DNA of 64,000 nucleotides from Paracoccaceae bacterium (lineage in GTDB: Bacteria; Pseudomonadota; Alphaproteobacteria; Rhodobacterales; Rhodobacteraceae). The stretch covers positions 14,995 through 78,994 of the forward strand of contig CBDBPL010000005.1 of NCBI GenBank assembly GCA_965208685.1, in the 5' to 3' direction. The translations under genes were made by a program, and so were the position numbers. The notes beneath the pieces were generated by a model. That model worked only from the letters and a program-made list of their open reading frames with translations. It ran no database searches and was not told the origin of the DNA. The number at the start of each line of letters is the position of its first letter. Position 1 is the stretch's first letter. Below, piece by piece: positions 30,595-39,306 of this stretch.

Positions 30595-31452
30595 ATGACG
30601 GCACCGCTGTTCGAGGCCGTGGCGGAACGGGCGTTCCGTCGGCACGGCAGGAACTGGAAGCCGCGCACGCTCAAGAACAACCGGAACTATCTCCGCAGGC
30701 AGATCCTGCCCCGGTTCGCAGGACGGCAAATTGCCGAGATCACGCGGCGGGACGTGCGGGACTGGTTCGCCTCCCTGCACGCGACGCCGACGTCGGCGGA
30801 CCGGTCGATGCCCGTGCTGTCGGTCATCATGAAGGCGGCCGAGGCCGACGGCTTGCGTCCGGAGGGCAGCAATCCGTGCAAGGGGATCAGGAGATACAGG
30901 AGACGGAACCTGGACAGGTTCCTGTCAGACGCCGAGTTTGGAAAGCTCGGCAACGCGCTGCGCGAGGCGGGACCGTCCCCGGCGGTCCCGATGATCCGAC
31001 TGCTGGCGCTGACCGGCTGCCGGTCGAGCGAGATCAGGACCCTTCGCTGGAAGGAATTCCGCGACGGGCACGTCTACCTCAGCGACAGCAAGACGGGTCC
31101 CCGCACGGTGTGGCTGTCGTCTGCGGCCCGCGAGGTTCTCGACGGCCTTCCCCGCTCGTCGCCCTGGATGTTCCCGTCCGCGAGGTCCGACGGCCCGGTC
31201 TCAGAGACGGCGTTTCACAACGCCTGGCTCCGGATCCGGGCGGAGGCCGGCCTCGGGGACGTCCGCCTCCACGATCTGAGGCATTCGTACGCGAGCGCCG
31301 CCGTACGGAGCGGAGAGACAATCATCACGGTGGGGCGGTTGCTCGGGCACCGCGATCCGGAAACAACGCTCAGGTACGCCCACCATGCCGAGACGGAGGC
31401 GGAGAGGGCCGCCGTCGCGATGGGCGCCGTTCTCCTCGGGAGGCGGACATGA
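30595..31452 (+). CDS. tyrosine recombinase/integrase, short form lacking an N-terminal arm-binding domain
   Basis: aaggagga RBS then ATG 30595. Catalytic region LTGCRSSEI...HDLRHSYAS...LGHRDPETTLRYAH. Only 285 aa. Confidence 0.8.
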   Translation: MTAPLFEAVAERAFRRHGRNWKPRTLKNNRNYLRRQILPRFAGRQIAEITRRDVRDWFASLHATPTSADRSMPVLSVIMKAAEADGLRPEGSNPCKGIRRYRRRNLDRFLSDAEFGKLGNALREAGPSPAVPMIRLLALTGCRSSEIRTLRWKEFRDGHVYLSDSKTGPRTVWLSSAAREVLDGLPRSSPWMFPSARSDGPVSETAFHNAWLRIRAEAGLGDVRLHDLRHSYASAAVRSGETIITVGRLLGHRDPETTLRYAHHAETEAERAAVAMGAVLLGRRT

Positions 31453-32561
31453 CCCGGGCCAGGATGACGGATGCGCGCGCGCGCCGTCTCAAGCCGTCCG
31501 CAAGCGAATACTCCGTGCGAGACAGGGCCGTTCCGGCCCTGCGCGTCCGTGTCTACCCGTCCGGTACCAGGACATGGATCTGTGCCGTCGGCGGGCGCAA
31601 GGTGTCGCTCGGCCGGGTCGACCTGGTTTCCGTCGAGGACGCGCGCCGGGAATGCCTCCGGCTGCAGGTCGACGGGGCTTCACCAGTTCGGGACGTCCCG
31701 ACCTACCGGGAGTTCGCCCTGAACGACTGGAGAAGCTCGTGGATCGACAGATGCAAGCCGTCGACGATCAGGGGGCGGGACCATGTCCTGAAGCGCAGGC
31801 TCCTGCCCGCGTTCGGGTCGCTGCGCCTGGACCGGATCACGCGGCAGGCAATCCAAGAGTGGTTTGACGATTTCAGCAGGACCGCTCCCGGTGGCGCCAA
31901 CTCCGCGCTGCAAATCCTGCGCCAGAGCCTGAATTTCGCCATGGAGCGCGGCCTGCTCGCCTCCAATCCGGCAGCGTCCGTGCTCCCGAACCGACGGCCG
32001 AGGCTCTCGCGGTTCCTGTCCCGGGACGAGATACGGCGGCTGAACGAGGCCCTGAACAGGCATGCCGGCGGCCGCAAGGGCGCGCAGGCGGACGCCATTC
32101 GCCTGCTGTTGCTGACGGGCTGCCGCAAGAGCGAGATCCTCCGCCTGACGAGGCGCGAGGTCGACGGGGACTGCCTCAGGCTCGAGGACGCCAAGACGGG
32201 TCCGAGAACGGTGCATCTGAGCGCCGAAGCCCGTGAGATCGTGGAAAGGCGGATGGCCACACCCGGAGAGTTCCTCTTCCCTTCGCCGAAGGACCCGGAG
32301 AGACCGATTTCCGGGGATCTCGCCCTCTGGTACGGGGTCCGGCGGGAGATCGGAATCGAGGACGTGCGCCTGCACGATCTGCGACATTCGTACGCAAGCC
32401 AATGCGTGATCGAGGGCGTTCCGTTGCCGGTCGTGTCGAGGCTGCTTGGCCACCGCCAGACGTCGATGACGCTTCGCTACGCTCACGTCTCGGACCGGGA
32501 TGTCGAGGCGGCGGCGGAACGCATCGGCGGGCGGATTTCCGAATTGATGTCGAGCGGCTGA
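31449..32561 (+). CDS. tyrosine integrase (P4-like, with N-terminal DUF4102-like arm domain)
   Basis: ARARRLKPSASEYSVRDRAVPALRVRVYPSGTRTWIC N-terminus. Catalytic region LTGCRKSEI...HDLRHSYAS...LGHRQTSMTLRYAH. ATGA overlap with the upstream integrase. Confidence 0.85.
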   Translation: MTRARMTDARARRLKPSASEYSVRDRAVPALRVRVYPSGTRTWICAVGGRKVSLGRVDLVSVEDARRECLRLQVDGASPVRDVPTYREFALNDWRSSWIDRCKPSTIRGRDHVLKRRLLPAFGSLRLDRITRQAIQEWFDDFSRTAPGGANSALQILRQSLNFAMERGLLASNPAASVLPNRRPRLSRFLSRDEIRRLNEALNRHAGGRKGAQADAIRLLLLTGCRKSEILRLTRREVDGDCLRLEDAKTGPRTVHLSAEAREIVERRMATPGEFLFPSPKDPERPISGDLALWYGVRREIGIEDVRLHDLRHSYASQCVIEGVPLPVVSRLLGHRQTSMTLRYAHVSDRDVEAAAERIGGRISELMSSG

Positions 32562-32816
32562 TTTCGCCCAAGGATGGGAAAACTGCGAGGCTGGTGCGCG
32601 CAGGGCATGCATGCATGCCGTCAATGCAAGCGTGGAATTCTCCGGAATTGACATGCGCAGGTTCATGGTCGATGCCCAAGGCCCGATGCGATTTGGCAGG
32701 AGCCAAGATGGCAACGAGGTGCAAGCATGGCCAAGACGGCTGCGCCTCCCATCAGAATCGCACGCGATTTTGGGGCGTCGAGACTCCCTGGACGACGACT
32801 TTCCGGGCCCCAAATG

Positions 32817-32833
32817 CAGAGGTCCTGACCTCG
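32817..32833 (+). repeat. solo 17-bp copy of the terminal inverted repeat of the unclassified IS at 44307..62946
   Basis: cagaggtcctgacctcg is identical to the reverse complement of 62930..62946. Similarity stops after 17 bp. Confidence 0.6.
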
Positions 32834-33166
32834 GGAGGCGACCATAGGCTCTGAGTAGACCGCATTAGCCAGACAAAAAAGCTCCTTCGGGGACTTTGCT
32901 GACATTCCAGGCGCGTGGCGCACTGTTAAGATTCCATGAACCACGATGCAGGCGCTGAAGTCGCTGATCATTTTCCAAGAGGTATGAAAACAAGGGGTCG
33001 GGCATCCGAGCCGCCAGCGAAATCCAGGAAATGTGGTTCACGAGAGTTGCCAGCGTCAACCCTCGAGGTAAGGACGTCAGAAATGCCATAGCCTCATCGA
33101 AGGCGAGCGGGGATCCGGCTCGGTACCCGTCGAGCAAGTGGAAATGGATGGAAGGAGAGCAGGCGA

Positions 33167-33708
33167 ATGGCGCGCCTTGAGGTCGTTGACGAAGGAGACG
33201 CATGCATAATGACCGGAAGGATGCTCAGGCCGGCGACAGGCCTGCGCCGCGCGGCGGAGTTGCTCGACCGGGCGCGCAACGAGCCGGCGGAAGGCAGGAA
33301 CGAAGAGGACCTTCTCGCCGCGTTCCACGGCGCGCCGATCCTGCGGGCGCAGTCCGCGGAAATCGCGCTGAAGGCGCTCTGGCGCATTGGCCACAAGGCG
33401 GAACGTGGCGATCCCCCGCGACATCACCCCTGACAAGGCTGCATGACGACCTGACCGAGACGATCCAGCAGCTGCTGGCAGAGAGATTTCCCGAGAGGCC
33501 GGACCCGCTTTGTCCACACTCCCCTATCCCGCACCGCAAGGGACTGCGGGCGATCCTCAACGACCATGAAACCGCCCTCCAAGAGTGGCGCTACGTCTGC
33601 GAACACGGGAGTCTCCGGTTCGAGCACGTGTTCGACGAGGTGCTGGACGCGCTGATCGACGTGGGCTGGCGGCTGCACGGCCCGTGGCTCGCAAGGCTGC
33701 AGGAGTGA
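33167..33708 (+). pseudogene. HEPN-like protein, frameshifted
   Basis: N-part ...AEIALKALWRIGHKAERGDPPRHHP-stop (33431). The next frame continues LTRLHDDLTETIQQLL...ALQEWRY... The frames join at the cccc run 33427..33430, and adding one C restores one ORF. Confidence 0.5.
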
Positions 33709-33893
33709 TGCCCGGAGGCTCCGGGCCAGCCGTGAACCGGTCGAGGTCGTGTCCCGTCACAGGCACCGCGAAGGCGACGGTGCGGGCCGGGCAGCCCCGG
33801 GGTGCATGGCGCCGGGAGCACGGTGGAACCCGGCCGCCCGGGCTGCCTTACCGGTGACGGGAGGCAAGCCGGCAGTCAGGAGGCGCACGGGCC

Positions 33894-34649
33894 ATGCACG
33901 AAGAGGTCGCCAGCAGAAGCGAGGAGATCGCCGGGCTGTGCCGCAGCCACGGCGTTGTCCGGATCGAAGTCTTCGGCTCGGCCGCGCGCGGGACCGATTT
34001 CGACCCGGCCACCAGCGACGTGGATTTCCTTGTGGAGTACGAGTCGGATGATCCGGGCCCGTTCCTCCAGCGCCATTTCGCGCTGCAAGGCGAACTTGCC
34101 GAAGTCCTGGGCCGTGGAGTCGACCTGGTCATGGCACTGCCTGACAACAAGTACCTGCGGGCCAGCGTCAACCAGTGCCGCGAGGTCGTGTACGATGCGC
34201 GCGACGTGGAGAGCGATCCGCGGTGCCTGCGGGGCCCGGCGACGGCAAGTGCCGCGGGCCCGTTCATGAAGCGTGATCCCCGGGTCTGCCTGGAAACGGC
34301 GCAGCAGGCGGCCGGAGAAATCATGGACTTCGTCGAGGGAACCGATCTCGACGGATTCCTGGCCGATCTCCGGTTGCGCCGTGCCGTCGAGTGGTTGCTC
34401 GTGACCCTTGGCGCAGCATTGGCCAGCCTCGATGAGAATTCGCCAGAGCTGGCCGAGCGGATCCCGGACCTGGCGGAACCCGTTCGTCGCGGCAACCTCC
34501 TGGTCCGTGACCATCGCAGCGCCGATCCGACGGAAATCTGGCAAGCCGCCTTGCCGGTCCTTCCCGAACAGCGGCGGGTCGCCCTGTCCGTTCTCTCCGA
34601 ACTGAATCGCGAGGACGCCGCGCCGGAACCGTGCCCTGACGGGCCATGA
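33894..34649 (+). CDS. in-frame fusion of an MNT-type nucleotidyltransferase and a HepT/DUF86-like HEPN domain
   Basis: N-half VFGSAARGTDFDPATSDVDFLVEY (MNT motif). C-half from MKRDPRVCLETAQQAAGEIMDFVEG... is DUF86-like. No stop codon lies between the halves. Confidence 0.7.
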   Translation: MHEEVASRSEEIAGLCRSHGVVRIEVFGSAARGTDFDPATSDVDFLVEYESDDPGPFLQRHFALQGELAEVLGRGVDLVMALPDNKYLRASVNQCREVVYDARDVESDPRCLRGPATASAAGPFMKRDPRVCLETAQQAAGEIMDFVEGTDLDGFLADLRLRRAVEWLLVTLGAALASLDENSPELAERIPDLAEPVRRGNLLVRDHRSADPTEIWQAALPVLPEQRRVALSVLSELNREDAAPEPCPDGP

Positions 34650-35652
34650 CCGGATTGGCCGTGCCCGGCTGCGAGCACAGGCGGAGCGAAAGGGAGATCG
34701 TTCGGGTCTTCATGCAACGCGGACAATGGCAGCCAGGCAATGCGTCAGCGATTTCGGCTTGGGGTCGCACTTTCCAATGGGCATCGGCGAGAATCAGCAG
34801 GCTCGCGCAGCTAGGGCACTGGAACCCATGGAACGCCGGGCGGGACAGGCACCGCATGCCATGCGAGGGATCCCGCTGCAGGTGGCGATGCAGCATGGAC
34901 CCGGACATCGCTGCGGACGAACCGGCCCGAACCGCTGCGGGTCTGCATGCGACCCGCAGCGGACCGCTCCCTGGACGAGCGTTCAGGGACCGGACCTCGA
35001 TCTTCCGGGCAGACCGGCGCACGACGGACGGCTCCGGCCGGCCCCTCCTTTCTGACGGGCAGCCTGGAACCTGGGCATCGTCATTCCGCTGCGAAGGCAG
35101 CGTATTCTCTCGCGAATCGAACGACGGGGCTCTCCGGCTCGACATGCACGTCGCTCACGTTCGCGCGTTGCAGGAACTCCCGAAAGCGATCGGGCACGCC
35201 TGCATCGATGTCCACCACATGCACGGGAGCGTCCGCGTCCGGGACTGTTCCCGGCCAAGAACTGTGCCGCGGCCATGACCCAAACATACCAATACGGGAG
35301 AGCTTGTCGACAATCTGCGCCTCATCGGCTCGGATGCGGCTCGCGGCGGGATCCCAGTCTTGGGCTTATAGTGGAGTGCCATACCGCGAACACAACCAAG
35401 AGGCGTTCCCCGTAGCGTCTGCGTTGGACCAAACTTTGTCCTCCGGTTCTGGTTCGAATCGCGCATAGACCAGTGCTGCAATCTTCTTTCTTTCCTTTAA
35501 TGTCGAAGCTATTTTGCACACTCCTTGCAAACTCGTCGGTTTTATCTAGCAGTCGAAATATTTCTTCACCCTCTTCGGTAAGTGAAGTCACATGTATCCT
35601 GTCCTCGATGGTCGAGTCCAAAGCCCTAATGAATAGTGCAAGAGCTGTACCT

Positions 35653-36306
35653 CTAAACGTTTGCTCCCCTGGTTTCGCCACTTGGCTTTATTTCCCTGTA
35701 CAATCCCAATTGACCCTCTGTCGTAATTCCAATTGTTTTCATGCGTTCAAGATCCGCGTCGCTTACAGAAGATATTTCGTAGCCCATCTCGAAGTTGTCT
35801 GCATGAACGATCGAGTTGCCAAGGACATAGGGCGCAATATGGTCTAGCGTGCGAATGTCTTTTGATGACAACTCCCGAATTGTCGAGACGACCCGAGCAG
35901 GATAGTTCGATTGGTTTAGTTGAACTTCGGCAAGCAGCTGTTTCCAGATTGTCGGTATTTCATGATAGGCGTCAGTGGCCAAGAGAGGAAATTGTCGGCC
36001 TTCATCACCCAACGCGAATGTCGTAGGACTATCCCCAAGCAAACCTCGGACTCTAGTCCGAACGGTTTCGTCCGCTACTATCCAACTTAGCGCAAGCACG
36101 ATGCTCCAAACTACACAGGAAGTTAGGAAACCGAACAATTTGGCAGCTAACCAGTAAAGCAGCCCGGACCGACCTGCTACACCAACGAAATATCCACCTC
36201 TTCGATAAGTCTTCATTACTTCGCCCTCTGCGGAGAAAGTGGGACCGGAGTTAGCTGGTAACATGGAGTTATCATCACGTGACTCGGTTTCACTTCTCTT
36301 GTCCAT
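35653..36306 (-). CDS. hypothetical membrane-anchored protein (217 aa) in the low-GC block
   Basis: Hydrophobic segment GLLYWLAAKLFGFLTSCVVWSIVLALSWIV. Codon usage and GC differ from the surrounding DNA. No family recognised. ORF 35322..35681 overlaps its 3' end and may be a frameshifted continuation. Confidence 0.5.
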   Translation of the reverse strand: MDKRSETESRDDNSMLPANSGPTFSAEGEVMKTYRRGGYFVGVAGRSGLLYWLAAKLFGFLTSCVVWSIVLALSWIVADETVRTRVRGLLGDSPTTFALGDEGRQFPLLATDAYHEIPTIWKQLLAEVQLNQSNYPARVVSTIRELSSKDIRTLDHIAPYVLGNSIVHADNFEMGYEISSVSDADLERMKTIGITTEGQLGLYREIKPSGETRGANV

Positions 36307-36774
36307 TGTCTAAGGTCTCTTGGCTGATGGTTGATACTTGAAGATTTCCATCGGCGGCGCGTGAAAGGTAAGGTACCTGACATGCCGCTGATGGTCGCGC
36401 GCCGACGGCATTCCGGTCTGCAACGAGGCCGTTACTGAGCGCAGTGTTGGTCCACGAGAGTACCGCCTATCTCGTGCACGAGATAGCAGGCACTTTCCTC
36501 GGGTCGATTCCGGCTCGGTGCGAAATGACACTCTAAGCTTTTCGTGGCACAGTTCTGCGCCACCGGTATTCAAAGTCGCGCGGCCCGCTGCAGGACCCTC
36601 CATGCCAGTACGCCGTCCCCTTCATGCGTGAACATACCGGAAATCCCCGGAAATCAGGTTTTCTTCCATTTCCGGCCCAACTGGGGTTGCAAACAGCCCC
36701 AAGCTACAGCCAAAGGGACTGACTCAACTTCGTCTTCCTGTGGCGGATTCGGGACCTATGTTGGGAAAGGGCCT

Positions 36775-36894
36775 ATGTTGGGTTAGGGCCGATCTGGTGA
36801 AGGAAAAGATCCGGAACGGCGAGACGATCTCGTCAATCGCCCAGCAGTTCGGGACAAGCAGGCAGACCATCATGCGCGTCAGGAATCACGCATG
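36775..36894 (+). pseudogene. serine recombinase (resolvase/invertase) C-terminal HTH remnant
   Basis: ...RADLVKEKIRNGETISSIAQQFGTSRQTIMRVRNHA-stop matches the C-terminal HTH of resolvases (xxGxSxxxIAxxxGxSRxTxxR). No catalytic domain lies upstream. Confidence 0.5.
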
Positions 36895-36973
36895 ATCCTG
36901 TGGTGGGTTATGTATCCTTGTTAGGATAGACCCAATCATGCGATGAGGACATTTGCGATGATCAGTTCCGGAG

Positions 36974-39306
36974 CTATCAACCTGCCACACCTGTATAGGT
37001 GATCCTATTCCCGCCTTTTCTCGCCGATGGCGTCACGTACCTGTATCGCCCAGTTGAGCCTTTCGAGCCCTTGCCAGACTTTTTTCGCGCCCGGGAGCGG
37101 CTGGCGAGGGTTTGGATGGGAGCCGACGAGACGCCCGAGATCGATCACCACCGCGCGAATGTCGGGCACCTGCCCGGCGGGCATCCTCACCACGTTCCGG
37201 TGGCCCTGCGATTCCAGCATCGTGTGAAGCAGGTCGATGTCCTCCTCCGGAAACACCTCGGTCGCGGGGGTTTCCGGGCGCTCCCGCGCGAGGACGGTGA
37301 TGTCGGCGACGTGGACGGCGGTGACCGCGTCGAAGGCGAGGCACTTGCGCAGGTCGTCGGCGCTGTCCAGCCGGCGGTCCTTTATCCGGGTCCCGGTCTT
37401 GAGTGTTCGGAACCAGGTTTCAACTGTCCATCTCAAACGGTACCAGCCCAGCACGGTCGCGGCATGCACGGCGTCGGCCTCCCCCTCCGCAGGGCGCTCG
37501 GTGGTCAGCAGCAGCCAGTGCAGCGGGTCGTCGCCGTCGGCCTCGATCTCGGTGGCCGAGACGGCGAACATGGGCAGCGGGTCCGCGCCGCGGTCCCAGT
37601 GCGGCGGCACGATCTCCACCTCGGCCGTGCGGATCTCGAGGCGGGCCATGCGCTCCTTCCGCGCGCGGGGGCCGCCGGCGGCCGGGATCGTCAGTTCCGA
37701 CACCGCGACGGGCGGCCGGGCCGCGACGTGCTCCCACAGGCACGCCTTCCCGCCGCCGGGCACCGTCACGCGCTGCTGCGCCGAGCGGCTGGCGCGGACC
37801 AGCAGCGCGTCGCCGTCGTCCACGGCGTGGGCGAGCAGGTCCCAGAAGTCGCCCTCGCGGTCGCAGACCGAGACCACCCGCGTGTCCGGGCAGGCCGCCG
37901 CGAGTTCCCGCGCCCGCCCGAGGCCCTCGACCCAGCGCCGGCTGTCCTCCTCGGGATCCTCCCGGAAGGCCGCGTCCATCGCGAACAGGCCGAGCGGCCG
38001 GCCCTCGGACGTCACCGCGAGCCCGGCGTGGGCGAGGATGCCGACGCTGCCCTTGCCGCCGCCGCCGATCCCGTCCAAGCCCTTCGTGGCCTCCAGGCCG
38101 GTGTAGTTCAGGGCCGTCGTATCCTGTATCGCAAGGACCACGGGCTCCGCCCGGCAGCGGTCCGCGGTGGCCTCGAAATGCGGTTCCAGAACGTGCTCCA
38201 TGGATATCCTCGGGTTCGACAGCAGGCGGTACGCGGCCTTCTGCTCCGCCTTCGTCGGAAAGATGACCGGCAGGTCGTCCCCCATGTTCTTCAGCCAGGA
38301 CCGGCCCATGTCAACGATGCGCCGCCGCACCCGCCCGTCGGTGTGGCCCGTGCGACCGTACTCCCGCTCCGCCCAGTCCAGGTCCGCGCCGTCATAAGCG
38401 CCGGCCAGCGCCCCGACCGGGCGGCGTTGCACGCGACAAAGCGCCTTCCGCCAGCCTTCCTCCAGCGCCAGCACCCGCACCGTGCCGGCCTCGTTCCTGC
38501 GTCCTCCGGTCCGGCCGGCGACGGTCCAGCCCGCGCAATGGTAGCAGTAGCCGTCGTGCTCCGGGCCGACATGGGTGTAGGCCGCCACCGGGCGCACCGA
38601 ATAGCGGGCCTCCCAGTCGTCGGCGATCGTGTCCGCGGCCATGCGCAGGATCTCGGACGCGAGGCCGTAAACGCGCACGCCCGGGAGCAGGAGATAGCGA
38701 TGGTTGCAGATCACGCGCCCGATGTTGGCTGCGCGGGCGTCGGCGGACCATCCGATCCACTCGTCGCGCGCCCGGAGCTGCCAGGCCGCCGAACCGAAGC
38801 CGATCCCGCCGAGGACGCCGTGGCGCTCCGAGCGGATCCAGTAGCGCACCTGGCCGCCGGGAGGCCGCGCCCATCCCAGCGGATGATGCGTCTCCATCAT
38901 CGCCTCCCACAAGCGGCGGTCGTCGGCGTCGCCCACCAGGTCGAGCGAGACGGGGCCGAGATCCTCAAGCGCGCAGGCCAGCCTGGTGTCGGGAACGTCA
39001 CCGGCCGGAACGGCGGGCGCGGCGGCCGGATCCGGCATGTCGCGGGCGGGCGGAAGCTCGATCCCGATGCGCTCCGCGAGCGTCGGCAGCGCCTTCGCCG
39101 CCGCCGACAGGCACGGGTGGCCGAGGGCGTTGAGCCAGCCGGTGCGCTCGCACAGTTCGCGGGCCAGCGCATGCCGCGTGTGCTCGCCGGAGCGCAAGGC
39201 AACGGCGAGCCAGTCAAGCGTGCGCGAATCGAAATGGCGAAGGCCGACCTGCATGCCCGCGCCATACAGGAACCCGATCACCTATACAAGTATGGGGTCT
39301 TGAAAG
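36974..39306 (-). mobile_element. IS4/Tn5-like insertion sequence, copy 1 (2,333 bp) with a 9-bp target duplication
   Basis: 31-bp imperfect terminal IRs (ctatcaacctgccacacctgtataggtgatc versus the reverse complement of gatcacctatacaagtatggggtcttgaaag). Perfect 9-bp direct repeat gttccggag at 36965..36973 and 39307..39315. Confidence 0.85.
37005..39254 (-). CDS. IS4-family (Tn5-like) DDE transposase with a ~300-aa N-terminal DUF4338-like extension (749 aa)
   Basis: C-half has AIQDTT (D), VCDREGD (D) and YRLRWTVETWFRTLKTG (Y-R-E-K signature). N-half has HHPLGWARPPGGQVRYW...WIGWSADARAANIGRVICNHRYLLLPGVRVYGLAS...DDWEARY, as I recall for DUF4338. Confidence 0.8.
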   Translation of the reverse strand: MQVGLRHFDSRTLDWLAVALRSGEHTRHALARELCERTGWLNALGHPCLSAAAKALPTLAERIGIELPPARDMPDPAAAPAVPAGDVPDTRLACALEDLGPVSLDLVGDADDRRLWEAMMETHHPLGWARPPGGQVRYWIRSERHGVLGGIGFGSAAWQLRARDEWIGWSADARAANIGRVICNHRYLLLPGVRVYGLASEILRMAADTIADDWEARYSVRPVAAYTHVGPEHDGYCYHCAGWTVAGRTGGRRNEAGTVRVLALEEGWRKALCRVQRRPVGALAGAYDGADLDWAEREYGRTGHTDGRVRRRIVDMGRSWLKNMGDDLPVIFPTKAEQKAAYRLLSNPRISMEHVLEPHFEATADRCRAEPVVLAIQDTTALNYTGLEATKGLDGIGGGGKGSVGILAHAGLAVTSEGRPLGLFAMDAAFREDPEEDSRRWVEGLGRARELAAACPDTRVVSVCDREGDFWDLLAHAVDDGDALLVRASRSAQQRVTVPGGGKACLWEHVAARPPVAVSELTIPAAGGPRARKERMARLEIRTAEVEIVPPHWDRGADPLPMFAVSATEIEADGDDPLHWLLLTTERPAEGEADAVHAATVLGWYRLRWTVETWFRTLKTGTRIKDRRLDSADDLRKCLAFDAVTAVHVADITVLARERPETPATEVFPEEDIDLLHTMLESQGHRNVVRMPAGQVPDIRAVVIDLGRLVGSHPNPRQPLPGAKKVWQGLERLNWAIQVRDAIGEKRRE

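Noticed and set aside
34321-35145. Zinc-ribbon-like CPSC...CPRC pattern in a 274-aa minus-strand ORF
   Set aside because: The ORF overlaps the MNT-HepT gene antisense and is otherwise Arg/Pro/Ser-rich shadow sequence. Two CxxC pairs can arise by chance in GC-rich DNA.
35081-35470. Possible decayed minus-strand gene (…RYGTPL-TAA-AQDWDPAASRIRADEAQIVDKLSRIGMFG...VHVVDIDAGVPDRFREFLQRANVSDVHVEPE...)
   Set aside because: It reads protein-like across an in-frame TAA, but I cannot match it to any family. It is left unannotated rather than guessed.
35440-35475. ggttcgaatc string resembling a tRNA T-loop at the GC-content breakpoint
   Set aside because: The flanking bases do not form a T-stem or acceptor stem on either strand, so it is not a tRNA or a recognisable tRNA fragment.
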